A DNA stretch of 54,532 nucleotides from Candidatus Aenigmatarchaeota archaeon (GCA_016933455.1 JAFGAZ010000001.1:1-54532), one strand, 5' to 3'; positions 32,890 to 41,767 are shown, numbered from the stretch's first letter. Translations and numbers: made by a program. The notes: generated by a model not told the origin, from the letters alone.

Positions 32890-35076
32890 CTACTCTGCCT
32901 TTGGAATTTCCTTTGGCATACCCTTTCTTTCTCTGATCTTTAGGGCAATCCTATCTCTTAGGTCGCCAGGTATCTTTTCGAAAGTAACGTCAACCATTGA
33001 CTGGAAGCCCTTTCCGGCTGTGGAAGACTTTAGCGCTCCCTCAAAACCAAACATCTCTGCAACTGGCAGCTTTGCTGTTATGATAGAAGAGTACTCCTCC
33101 TGCTCCATGTCCAAAACCTCTCCTCTTCTGTTGCCAAGCTCTGCTACAACGTTTCCTATATAGTCCTGAGGCGAGTCGATTCTAAGTATCTGCTTTGGCT
33201 CAAGGAACGAAACACCTGCCTTTAGCATGCCCTGGTTTATGGGATGCCTAATTGCTGGCATTATCTGCGCAGGTCCCCTGTGAACAGCGTCCTCGTGCAA
33301 GGCAGCATCGTGAAGCCTAACTATCATGGCAGAACACGGCTCTTTTGCCAAAGGTCCGCTCTCAACAACATCAATGAAAGCGCTTTTTATGTTTTCCATT
33401 GACTCGTTAAGGTACTGTATACCCTTTGTGCTGTCAATGAACATGCAGTGATTATGAATCAAAACAACGCTCTTGGAATCCTCCTTGGTCATGCCAAGGT
33501 CGACTAGTTGCTGCCTCAAATCAAGCGCCTTGCCCTTTATCTCGCCGTCCTTTATCTTACCTTCTGTCATGGCCTTGTAGAGCTGCTCTGGAACAGGCTC
33601 AACTGAGATGTAGAACTTGTTGTGCTTGTTTGGGGACTTGCCCTCTATTACGGGCGATTCCGAGAATATGCTTTCCCTGTAAACAACAATAGGGGGTGAT
33701 ACGATTATGTCAACTCCCTTTTCTCTAATCTTTCTTTCCACTTTTGCATCCAAATGAAGCTCGCCAAGACCTGAAACTAGCGTCTCTCCTGTTTCCTGGT
33801 TAACATTGATCTTAAGGGTCGGGTCCTCTCTTATTAGAGTCTTTAGTATATCGATAAGCTTTGGCAAATCCTGTGGGGATTTAGGCTCGATTGATTTTGT
33901 GATAACAGGCTCGAAGATGTGCTTTATTGCCTCGAACTTTTCTATTGGATTTTCCGGCTCGCACATGGTGTCTCCAACAACAGCCTCTGTCAGACCAACA
34001 AGACCAACAACGTTTCCTGCCAACGCCTCCTCAACAGGCATTCTCTTTAGGGCAATGAAAGTTGTGACTTGCTGCAATTTTATTTCCCTGTCACTGTCAA
34101 CCAAATAAACATTCTGACCTCTTGTTAATTTTCCTGAAAATATCCTGGCAGTAGAAATCATTCCTGCATGCGGGTCGTACACGACCTTGGTTATAACAGC
34201 ACCAAGCTTTCCGTTAGGATCGCAGTCAATAAGCTGCTTTCCTGTATCGCTTTCAGGGTCGCCTGTCCAAAGCCTCTTTATCCTGTATTTCTGAGCCTCC
34301 TTGGGAGAAGGAAGGTGCTTGATAACCATGTCCAAAACAACAGTGTTCATTGGGGCTTTCTTGCAAAGCTCTTCGTCCTTGTCGTTTGCGCACATGTCGA
34401 TTATTTCTTTGAACGTAACTCCTGAACTTTGCATGAATGGAACAGATATTGCCCATTTTCTTAGAGCAGAACCGAAAGCAACAGAACCGTCTTCGACCTT
34501 TACAACCCAGTCATTCTTGAACTGGGGCTCTACGTACCTTTGGATGAACTTGTTAACATTAATCACAATCTTGGCAAGCCTTTTTTGCAGCTGCTCCGGG
34601 GTTAGCTTGAGCTCCTTTATTGCCCTGTCAACCTTGTTGATAAACAATGTCGGCTTTACTCTCTCGTTGATTGCCTGCCTTAGAACTGTTTCTGTCTGGG
34701 GCATTATGCCCTCGACTGCACAGCACATGACAACAGCGCCGTCAACAGCCCTCATGGCCTGCGTAACGTCTGCTCCAAAATCAATGTGTCCTGGGGTGTC
34801 CAAAAGGTTGATAAGATATGTCTCTCCCTCATACTGGTGAGGCATTGTGACAGTTGCGCCGTATATGGTCATTAGCCTTTCTCTTTCCTGGTCATCGACC
34901 CATGTAAGCATTCTTTCACCCACAAGCTGGTTGGCCATAAGGCCTGCAGCTGCAGCAAGGTTGTCTGTTAGTGTTGTCTTGCCGTGGTGCACATGACTTA
35001 CAATACCGATATTTCTGATATTCTTGGGATTGTTCATGAGTCTTTGTATTTCCTCGGAGTATGTTTCTTTTGCCAT
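32890..35076 (-). CDS. fusA: Translation elongation factor aEF-2
   Basis: NIGIVSHVHHGKTTL...DTPGHIDF...NKVDR, and the diphthamide loop HEDAVHRGPAQ. Confidence 0.96.
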   Translation of the reverse strand: MAKETYSEEIQRLMNNPKNIRNIGIVSHVHHGKTTLTDNLAAAAGLMANQLVGERMLTWVDDQERERLMTIYGATVTMPHQYEGETYLINLLDTPGHIDFGADVTQAMRAVDGAVVMCCAVEGIMPQTETVLRQAINERVKPTLFINKVDRAIKELKLTPEQLQKRLAKIVINVNKFIQRYVEPQFKNDWVVKVEDGSVAFGSALRKWAISVPFMQSSGVTFKEIIDMCANDKDEELCKKAPMNTVVLDMVIKHLPSPKEAQKYRIKRLWTGDPESDTGKQLIDCDPNGKLGAVITKVVYDPHAGMISTARIFSGKLTRGQNVYLVDSDREIKLQQVTTFIALKRMPVEEALAGNVVGLVGLTEAVVGDTMCEPENPIEKFEAIKHIFEPVITKSIEPKSPQDLPKLIDILKTLIREDPTLKINVNQETGETLVSGLGELHLDAKVERKIREKGVDIIVSPPIVVYRESIFSESPVIEGKSPNKHNKFYISVEPVPEQLYKAMTEGKIKDGEIKGKALDLRQQLVDLGMTKEDSKSVVLIHNHCMFIDSTKGIQYLNESMENIKSAFIDVVESGPLAKEPCSAMIVRLHDAALHEDAVHRGPAQIMPAIRHPINQGMLKAGVSFLEPKQILRIDSPQDYIGNVVAELGNRRGEVLDMEQEEYSSIITAKLPVAEMFGFEGALKSSTAGKGFQSMVDVTFEKIPGDLRDRIALKIRERKGMPKEIPKAE

Positions 35077-35186
35077 AAAATCACGTAATGATTTGAATAA
35101 TATCGAGTAATATTATTTAAACTTTTTGGAAAGTTTGAAACAAAGGCTGTTAATTGGAAAATTCTTTTTTGAAAAGAAAATTCAAA

Positions 35187-35789
35187 CTATCTAGCGCCGC
35201 TTGCTTCTCTTTCCATTCTTTCCTTTGCCTTCATCGCAAAGGAGTTCTGCGAATCGCCGTTAAAGGCTGCTAGCAGCTCTTCAGCAAGGCATACAGCCAT
35301 CTTCTTTGGGCTCTTGAAGGCCTTCTGGTATGAGCCTTGTGTTATGTACCTCAAAGCAAGATCTACTCTTCTTTGAGGAGATGTTATGACAGCCTTTCTG
35401 ACAATGATGCCTCCGACCTGGAAGGAAGTTACCTCTTCTCTTACAGCAGAGTTCTCAACAGCCCGAACAAAAACCTCAACAGGATTTTTGCCGGCCTTTT
35501 TCTCAAGAATATCAAAACAATCAACTATGATGTCGGTCACAGCAAGGGTCTTGCCAACGTTCATGCCGCTGGTTATCCTGTGCTTCTTTCCCCTATGGCC
35601 TGCAACAAACATTCTGTTCATTAGCCTTTCCACGATGTGCATCTGGGACTTGTGGAACTGCTTGCCGCTAGACCTTCCGAATGATCTTGGGACTATGATC
35701 GGCTTTAGGTTCACGTATCTTTTCAAGCCCATGTCCTCTACAGCAATGCCTTCTGTATCCCATTTGTCAAAGAGCTTTATTTCAGACAT
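35187..35789 (-). CDS. rps7: 30S ribosomal protein S7 (uS7)
   Basis: KLFDKWD...VERLMNRMFVAGHRGKKH...REEVTSFQVGG. Confidence 0.94.
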   Translation of the reverse strand: MSEIKLFDKWDTEGIAVEDMGLKRYVNLKPIIVPRSFGRSSGKQFHKSQMHIVERLMNRMFVAGHRGKKHRITSGMNVGKTLAVTDIIVDCFDILEKKAGKNPVEVFVRAVENSAVREEVTSFQVGGIIVRKAVITSPQRRVDLALRYITQGSYQKAFKSPKKMAVCLAEELLAAFNGDSQNSFAMKAKERMEREASGAR

Positions 35790-35800
35790 TATCTATCACT

Positions 35801-36214
35801 TTACTTTTTCGCCTTGCCCTTTAGCAAGGACTTTAAAGGAATCTTATTAACAATAATTACTCTGTGCCTTAGTCCGTGCTGGGAACCTATTGGTCCTCCC
35901 TGAGAACCGCCGATTCCCTCGATAACTACCTCGTCGTGCTCGTTGATAAAACCAATGCCGCCCGACTTTGGCACAAAAGCGGTTAGTTCCTTTTTGTTTT
36001 TGAGAAGCTGAACTCTAACGACCTTGATAAGACCGGAGTGAGGCTGCTTTTGCTCAATGGCTCTCTTGGCTATGACAATTCCCTTGGCGCTTGGTGCGCC
36101 TTCAAGAGGATCGTTCTTTGCTTTGAGGCCTAAAGTTCTGACCTTGTATTTGGTCTTCTTCCATCTGTACTTCTTTTTTCTCTTTTTGAGCTCTCTTCCG
36201 CTAAACAAACCCAT
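35801..36214 (-). CDS. rps12: 30S ribosomal protein S12 (uS12)
   Basis: PLEGAPSAKGIVIAKRAIEQKQPHSGLIKVVRVQL.KN.KELTAFVP. Preceded by GTGATTAC. Confidence 0.94.
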   Translation of the reverse strand: MGLFSGRELKKRKKKYRWKKTKYKVRTLGLKAKNDPLEGAPSAKGIVIAKRAIEQKQPHSGLIKVVRVQLLKNKKELTAFVPKSGGIGFINEHDEVVIEGIGGSQGGPIGSQHGLRHRVIIVNKIPLKSLLKGKAKK

Positions 36215-36270
36215 GTAATCACTAACTATTTACATTACAAACAATACTTTAAAAGCCTTTTGGTTAATAA

Positions 36271-36381
36271 TAGCCCCGACCAGATTCGAACTGGTGTCTC
36301 AAGGTTACTTCGTCATCCTGAAATCAGATCTTTAGAGACAACTCCAAAGCCTTGCATCCTTGACCACTAGACGACGGGGCT
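36271..36381 (-). tRNA. tRNA-Gln (anticodon UUG) with ~38-nt intron at or near position 37/38
   Basis: AGCCCCG acceptor (A1:U72, typical of archaeal tRNA-Gln) and discriminator A. D arm GTCT-AGTGGTCAA-GGAT, anticodon stem CAAGG/CCTTG with loop CTTTGG(A), and T arm ACCAG-TTCGAAT-CTGGT. About 38 extra nt follow the anticodon. Confidence 0.82.
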
Positions 36382-36408
36382 GTATGAGTTAATATTTCTT
36401 GTCAAAGG

Positions 36409-36417
36409 TTTATAAAA
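36409..36417 (-). promoter_or_regulatory. TATA-box-like element upstream of tRNA-Gln (near-palindromic, may also serve the divergent + strand gene)
   Basis: TTTTATAAA lies 28-36 nt upstream of tRNA position 1. It is also 21-29 nt upstream of the ATG at 36438 on the + strand. Confidence 0.4.
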
Positions 36418-36437
36418 CGTTTTATCAAAGTTATACT

Positions 36438-37307
36438 ATGAGGTTGCTTATACTGGGGGATTTGCACGGCCAAAAGCCCAGGTTTCGTTTCAAGGACTTT
36501 GACGCAGTTATAACGCCGGGGGATTTTTGCTATCCCAATGATTTGAGAAAGTATCAGTTCAGATTCATCAGAGAAAAGCTAAAGAACCCGGAAATAAAAT
36601 ACAAGTGGTACGACATTGTTGGCAAGAAAAAAACAAGGGCTCTCATAAAAAAGTCTTTGTTCAAAGGAAGAATGGTCCTGGAAAGCCTTGATTCCGTTGG
36701 TGTTCCTGTCTTTATAGTGCCGGGAAATTGGGACTTTACTCAGGAGAGAGATTCTAAGTGGAATTTTCTAAAAAAGGGGCATTTCAAGAATTTGATATCA
36801 GGTCTGAAAAACGTAAAAAACACGCACATGAAAATATCAAACTTCAAAGATTATGCGATAGTGGGTTATGGAATTTCAAGCGGACCTGAAGTTCCGCAGC
36901 ACAAAGAAGACATGAAAAACGTCGAGAAAAAGGTTCTTGAAAAAAAGCTAAAAAAGTCAAAAAAAGAGTACGAGCAAAAATATCAGAGGGTGTCAAAATT
37001 ATTTGGAAAGGCGAAAAAACCAATCATCTTCCTATCACACAACGTCCCTTTCAATACAAAGCTTGACAAGATTACGACCAAAAGCTCTCCAAGGTACGGC
37101 TATCATTACGGCTCTTTGATAACAAGAGACATTATAGAAAAATACCAGCCTCTGATTTCCATAGCAGGCCACATGCACGAGAATTTGGGTAAGACAAAAA
37201 TAGGCAAAACTGTCTGCATAAATTCTGGTTTTGGTTCTAAGGTTAATGTTCTTTTGGAACTAGAAGGAAAGACGATAAAGAAAATAAAATTCCACAATGG
37301 AAAGTGA
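36438..37307 (+). CDS. Calcineurin-like metallophosphoesterase
   Basis: MRLLILGDLHG, ITPGDF, VPGNWD, SHNVP, GHMHE motif series. The ATG at 36438 is preferred over the TTG at 36399, which lies in the tRNA promoter. Confidence 0.8.
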   Translation: MRLLILGDLHGQKPRFRFKDFDAVITPGDFCYPNDLRKYQFRFIREKLKNPEIKYKWYDIVGKKKTRALIKKSLFKGRMVLESLDSVGVPVFIVPGNWDFTQERDSKWNFLKKGHFKNLISGLKNVKNTHMKISNFKDYAIVGYGISSGPEVPQHKEDMKNVEKKVLEKKLKKSKKEYEQKYQRVSKLFGKAKKPIIFLSHNVPFNTKLDKITTKSSPRYGYHYGSLITRDIIEKYQPLISIAGHMHENLGKTKIGKTVCINSGFGSKVNVLLELEGKTIKKIKFHNGK

Positions 37308-37346
37308 TTTAATAATTAAATCACCATAAATTAAAAGTGATTTTAC

Positions 37347-39260
37347 ATGGTTAAGATAACACTTCCAGACGGCTCGGTTCAGGATAAAAAAGACGGCATA
37401 ACGCCTGCTGAAATAGCCAAGGAAATAGGCGAAGGGCTTTTCAGGGCAGCTTTGGCAGCAAAGGTCAACGACGTTTTGGTGAATCTTAACGAGCCGATAA
37501 GTTCTGATTCAAAAATTGAGATAATTACTTTCAAGCAAGACGATGGCAAGAAAATATACTGGCACAGCACGTCCCATGTCATGGCAGCTGCTGTCAGAAA
37601 GTTGTATCCAGAAGCAAAGTTCGGCATAGGGCCTGCGATAGAAGAGGGCTTCTATTATGATTTTGACAATCTAAAAATATCAGAAACTGATTTGGAAAAA
37701 ATAGAAGAAGAAATGAAGAGTATAATCAAGCAAGATCTAAAATTTGAAAAGAAAAACATCTCTAAAAAAGAAGCAAATAGTATTTTCAAAAACCAGCCTT
37801 TCAAATTAGAATTAATAAAAAACATTGAGGAAGAAACAGTTTCTGTTTATTCAATAGGAAATTTTGTTGATCTATGCAAAGGTCCCCATGTATCATCTTC
37901 TGGAAAATTAGAATCAATAAAGTTGTTAAAATTTTCAGGGGCCTACTGGATGGGCAATTCAAAAAACCCGATGCTCCAAAGAATATACGGCATATCGTTC
38001 CCTTCTGGCAAGGATTTGAAATCATATCTTAAGATGAGAGAAGAAGCCGAACAGAGAGATCACTCAAAACTCGGAAGAGACCTTGATTTGTACATAACAC
38101 ATCCTGCTGTAGGCAAAGGGCTTCCATTGTTTACTCCTAAAGGAACAACGATGCTTATGATACTTCAAAGGTGGGTGGAAGACGAGGAAATAAAGAGGGG
38201 CTATCAATACACAAAAACGCCTGTCATGGCCAAAACAGACCTTTACAAGATATCAGGTCATTTGGATCATTACAGAGAAAACATGTTCATCTTTAAAACT
38301 GATGAAGACGAGGAAGTCAGCCTAAGACCGATGACATGTCCGTTTCAGTTTATGATTTACAAGAGTAAATCAAGAAGCTATAGAGATCTACCTATAAAAT
38401 ACACTGAAACTTCACCTCTTTTTAGAAAAGAACTTTCAGGAGAGTTGCACGGTCTTATAAGAGTTTGGCAATTTACACTAGCAGATGGTCATATAATTTG
38501 TCTTCCTGAACAGCTAGAAGAAGAGTTTGAAAAGGCACTTGAACTTGTACAATACATAATGAATACTTTGGGTTTTGATGATTACTGGTATAGGTTCTCT
38601 AAATGGGACCCTAAAAACAAGGAAAAATACATTGACAATCCAGAAGCATGGGAAAAGTCTCAGAAAATAATGAAGAAGATAATAGACAAAATGGGATTAA
38701 ATTATGTCGAGGCTGAAAACGAAGCCGCTTTCTATGGACCAAAGCTAGACGTCCAAATGAAAAATGTTTGGGGCAAGGAAGACACTATGTTTACAGTGCA
38801 GATAGATTTCGCCCTTCCGGAAAGATTTGACATGAAGTATATTGACAAAAACAACGAGGAAAAAAGACCCATGGTAATACATCGTTCATCAATAGGATGC
38901 TATGAAAGAACTCTAGCGTTCTTAATAGAAAAATATGCAGGAAACTTCCCACTCTGGTTGTCTCCAACCCAGGTCAGGATTCTAACAGTAAGCGAAAAGA
39001 CAGTTGAATTTGCAGAGAAAGTCAATAAACTAATGAAAGAAAATGGAATAAGATCCGAACTTGATTATAGTTCTAACACTTTGGAATACAAGGTAAGGAA
39101 CGCCGAACTGGAAAAAATTCCCTACACAATAACAATAGGCGAAAAGGAAGAGCAAAACAACACTTTGGCCGTAAGGCCAAGAAGCGGCAAGGTAAAATTC
39201 GGCGTGAAAACAGAAAATTTCATAGAGGACATTCTAAAGGAAATCAAGGAAAAAAAGTAG
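37347..39260 (+). CDS. thrS: Threonyl-tRNA synthetase, bacterial/eukaryal-type architecture (TGS, editing domain, class II core, anticodon-binding domain)
   Basis: N-terminal TGS (MVKITLPDGSV), HSTSHVMAAAVRKLYPEAKFGIGPAIEEGFYYDF editing block, class II motifs (RDHSKLGR..., FRKELSGELHGLIRVWQFT) and a C-terminal ABD. Confidence 0.94.
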   Translation: MVKITLPDGSVQDKKDGITPAEIAKEIGEGLFRAALAAKVNDVLVNLNEPISSDSKIEIITFKQDDGKKIYWHSTSHVMAAAVRKLYPEAKFGIGPAIEEGFYYDFDNLKISETDLEKIEEEMKSIIKQDLKFEKKNISKKEANSIFKNQPFKLELIKNIEEETVSVYSIGNFVDLCKGPHVSSSGKLESIKLLKFSGAYWMGNSKNPMLQRIYGISFPSGKDLKSYLKMREEAEQRDHSKLGRDLDLYITHPAVGKGLPLFTPKGTTMLMILQRWVEDEEIKRGYQYTKTPVMAKTDLYKISGHLDHYRENMFIFKTDEDEEVSLRPMTCPFQFMIYKSKSRSYRDLPIKYTETSPLFRKELSGELHGLIRVWQFTLADGHIICLPEQLEEEFEKALELVQYIMNTLGFDDYWYRFSKWDPKNKEKYIDNPEAWEKSQKIMKKIIDKMGLNYVEAENEAAFYGPKLDVQMKNVWGKEDTMFTVQIDFALPERFDMKYIDKNNEEKRPMVIHRSSIGCYERTLAFLIEKYAGNFPLWLSPTQVRILTVSEKTVEFAEKVNKLMKENGIRSELDYSSNTLEYKVRNAELEKIPYTITIGEKEEQNNTLAVRPRSGKVKFGVKTENFIEDILKEIKEKK

Positions 39261-39306
39261 AGCATTAGCTAACTTTTTCTAGTAAAACAAAGAAAATTTG
39301 AACTAA

Positions 39307-40113
39307 TTAGTTCTTTGACTTTTTCCAGACCATCTCGAACATGGGCTTGAGCAAATTGTCTGCCACATGGTCGCTTTGGCTCCAAAGGGACATGTCCTGA
39401 GTTGGGTGCACTTTCTCGTCTGTCAAAGACATCACAACATGCGAGCCGTCAATTATTGCAAATCTGCTGCCAATGGCATCTTCTTTTGCAACGCCCCTTA
39501 TGTCTGCAACGTCCTTTAGCCTTTCAACTGCCTTCATTGTTTCCTTGCCAAAGGGCGCGGCTATCCTGACATTAACGCCTCTTTTTGATGCTTTCTTTAG
39601 AAGGTTATAGTGCTTCTTCTCAAGGTCTTGCAAGCCCTTTTCAGTTGTTAGAACAGATATGTCCTTTTTTGCTCCCTTGAATACTGTCTCCAACTGCTGG
39701 TGAAGTGCATTGCTTCCCTTTAATGAACTTGTCATCTCGCCTGGCTCGACAAGCTTGAAACCTTTCTTGTGAAGGTTTTCAAGCTGCTTGAGCGCAGCAG
39801 AACTTTGAAGCTTTGTTATCCTGTTTATGGTAATGTCTGCTTCTTCTGTTATCTTCTTCTTTGACCTTTCCAAGGCTTCGTTTGGAGGAACTGCCACATA
39901 CTTTAATGGCTTGGAGGACTGCGTCATGACAAATCCCTTTTCTGTCAGAGATTCCAAAACGTCATACGTCCTGCTGTGGGGCACCTTTGCCAAAGAGGAC
40001 AGCTCTCCTGCTGTTGATGTTCCTCTTGAAAGCAGGGCTACCCATAGCTTTCTCTCGTAGAGATTCAAACCAATCTGTTTTAGTTCGTCCAAAACTGCTT
40101 GTGAAACAATCAT
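39307..40113 (-). CDS. TrmB-family transcriptional regulator
   Basis: LKQIGLNLYERKLWVALLSRGTSTAGELSSLAKVPHSRTYDVLESLTEKGFV (TrmB wHTH) plus a C-terminal effector-like domain. Confidence 0.85.
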   Translation of the reverse strand: MIVSQAVLDELKQIGLNLYERKLWVALLSRGTSTAGELSSLAKVPHSRTYDVLESLTEKGFVMTQSSKPLKYVAVPPNEALERSKKKITEEADITINRITKLQSSAALKQLENLHKKGFKLVEPGEMTSSLKGSNALHQQLETVFKGAKKDISVLTTEKGLQDLEKKHYNLLKKASKRGVNVRIAAPFGKETMKAVERLKDVADIRGVAKEDAIGSRFAIIDGSHVVMSLTDEKVHPTQDMSLWSQSDHVADNLLKPMFEMVWKKSKN

Positions 40114-40286
40114 CTTATCACTCTATATTAATCTGACTTTGATATTTAAACTTTGTTACTTTCAAGTCATTATTTGTAGTAGTTAATTGAAATGAAAACT
40201 ATTTAAATACTTACTATGAGGTCGTAAATTGTCTTCATTCTGTCTATATTATGTCAAATAACAATTTAAATCTCAAATTGCCCATA

Positions 40287-40303
40287 TTATAACAGTGTTA
40301 TAA
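40287..40303. promoter_or_regulatory. Perfect 8-1-8 palindrome (candidate operator) abutting the start codon of the HTH gene
   Basis: TTATAACA-g-TGTTATAA ends 1 nt before the ATG at 40304. It lies in a 190-nt divergent intergenic region with three ATTTAAA(T/C) boxes. Confidence 0.45.
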
Positions 40304-40678
40304 ATGAAACCCTACTGCGAAATAGTTGCCCAGATAATTCTGCCCAACATAAGGGCTCTTGTAGCAAAGGAGCTCATGGAAAAGTACGGCTTTACGCAGC
40401 AGGCTGCTGCAAAAAAACTGGGCCTAACACAGTCTGCCATTTCCCAGTATCTGAGAAACTTAAGAGGCTCTCAGACCAATGTTTTGGAAAAGGACGAGAA
40501 GATTTCCAAGCTAATAGAGGACTTTGCAGGAAAGCTTGCATCCGGTGAAATGGACTCTTGCAAAACAGTCGAAGCCTTCTGCACATTGTGCAAGGAGCTT
40601 AGAAAAAGCAAAATCCTATGCAAACTCCACAAGGACGCGTTCCCAGAACTTGAGAACTGCAACATCTGCACTTGCTAG
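40304..40678 (+). CDS. HTH (XRE-like) transcriptional regulator with C-terminal Cys cluster
   Basis: YGFTQQAAAKKLGLTQSAISQYLRN (HTH). The C-terminal part has 7 Cys, including CTLC and CNICTC. Confidence 0.7.
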   Translation: MKPYCEIVAQIILPNIRALVAKELMEKYGFTQQAAAKKLGLTQSAISQYLRNLRGSQTNVLEKDEKISKLIEDFAGKLASGEMDSCKTVEAFCTLCKELRKSKILCKLHKDAFPELENCNICTC

Positions 40679-41154
40679 CAGATATTCTGACCAACTTCTT
40701 CCAAAAGAGTCTGGTTTAGGTATATTGTTGAATTGGTCCTTAGGGCAAGGGCTATTGCATCAGAAGGCTTGGAGTCTAATTTCAAAATCTTGTCATTTGA
40801 TTTTAGGACAAGATTGGAATAGTATATGCCGTCGACATAGCTATCCAGCGTGACATACTCCAAGCTCAAATTAAAGCTTCTTAGGGTTTCGGCAAAGATG
40901 TCATGCGTGTTTGGCCTGTCATCTATTATTCCAGCAATGCCAAGCTCTATGGAGTACGCTCTTTCAGGGGATGTCTCTGCCACGATTGCCAGGCAGTCGC
41001 TTCCTATCAGAACTATGCTGCCCTCAACCTCTATTATGTCAGCCTCGACATAGCCGTCAGGCTGCAATGTGCTGATAACAGCAACAACTCCTATGGCAAG
41101 AAGGGATAGAATAATGAAAGCTGAAAATGAAAGCCCTGTTTTTTTCTTTGCCAT
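40675..41154 (-). CDS. Membrane-anchored bifunctional nuclease domain (DUF151/BFN) protein
   Basis: N-terminal MAKKKTG plus TM FSAFIILSLLAIGVVAVI. Then IVLIGSDCLAIVAETSPERAYSIELGIAG...RPNTHDIFAETL...DGIYYSNLVL...LDSKPSDAIALALR, typical of DUF151. Confidence 0.75.
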   Translation of the reverse strand: MAKKKTGLSFSAFIILSLLAIGVVAVISTLQPDGYVEADIIEVEGSIVLIGSDCLAIVAETSPERAYSIELGIAGIIDDRPNTHDIFAETLRSFNLSLEYVTLDSYVDGIYYSNLVLKSNDKILKLDSKPSDAIALALRTNSTIYLNQTLLEEVGQNIC

Positions 41155-41166
41155 AAAATCAAAAAC

Positions 41167-41334
41167 TTATTGTTTCTTTCTAACCATTGGCAGGCCTGTC
41201 CTGGAGTTTTCAAAAACCTCTAGGTTTTCAGGCAGATCAATAGCATCTTCTGGTTTCTTGGAGAAAAAGAAAAGTCTCCCCTTGCTGTGCAACCAATAAG
41301 TGTTGCCCTTGCTGTTTGTGTGACTGTAAGCCAT
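41167..41334 (-). CDS. 55-aa conserved-looking small protein (not in ORF track)
   Basis: Hand translation gives MAYSHTNSKGNTYWLHSKGRLFFFSKKPEDAIDLPENLEVFENSRTGLPMVRKKQ. A strong SD (GAGGTGAAAAAA-ATG) overlaps the upstream pilin stop. The pattern Y.L.SKG..(L/Y)FFSK....A.DLP.....E..RTGLP..KK recalls a widespread small-protein family. Confidence 0.6.
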   Translation of the reverse strand: MAYSHTNSKGNTYWLHSKGRLFFFSKKPEDAIDLPENLEVFENSRTGLPMVRKKQ

Positions 41335-41347
41335 TTTTTTCACCTCA

Positions 41348-41767
41348 TTATTTTAGATTAACCCATGTTGTCCTAACGTCAGGGCAGTTTCCTGCAACGA
41401 CTCTCACTCTGTTGCCGACAATAACACCAGTTCCTGAAAAGTCCGCCCTTATTGTGCCTGAACTTCCAGCGGATATCGAAGTGGCGCCGGTTGCCGTCAC
41501 AGTATTAACATCACCAGTTGAGTTTATGGCCTCTATCTTGAAACCAGACATGTCAACACTTGAAACATCTATTATAGCAACAATCATGCTGCCGCTAAGC
41601 TGCGGATAGTCCGCTGTTGTAAACGTTATTGTCCCGCCAACGCAGCTCTCAAGCTCAGATAAGCTCTGCTGCGTATAGCTTGAAACAAAGCTTGCCAGAA
41701 TGGCGGCAAGCGTCATTGTTATGGCAATAAGCAGTACTGATGCAATCAACGGCGATACTCCTTTCAT
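41348..41767 (-). CDS. Archaeal type IV pilin-like protein (class III signal peptide)
   Basis: MKGVSPLIASVLLIAITMTLAAILASFV is the classic archaeal pilin/DUF1628 N-terminus (K-G then a hydrophobic helix). Confidence 0.8.
   Translation of the reverse strand: MKGVSPLIASVLLIAITMTLAAILASFVSSYTQQSLSELESCVGGTITFTTADYPQLSGSMIVAIIDVSSVDMSGFKIEAINSTGDVNTVTATGATSISAGSSGTIRADFSGTGVIVGNRVRVVAGNCPDVRTTWVNLK

Noticed and set aside
35140-35186. Hairpin ttctttt-ttg-aaaagaa downstream of rps7 as a terminator
   Set aside because: It is an AT-only 7-bp stem in an AT-rich spacer. Archaeal termination mainly uses oligo-T tracts, so this is too weak to annotate.
14104-35850. Long plus-strand ORFs antisense to the ribosomal, SecY and EF genes (e.g. 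17396..17917, 22548..23027, 23014..23511, 25297..25752, 27737..28189, 34301..34840, 35386..35850)
   Set aside because: Each overlaps a strongly conserved minus-strand gene. Their products are low-complexity or hydrophobic mirror translations. There is no independent start signal.
41069-41609. Plus-strand ORFs 41069..41299 and 41316..41609
   Set aside because: They lie antisense to the nuclease start, the SD-supported 55-aa ORF and the pilin gene.
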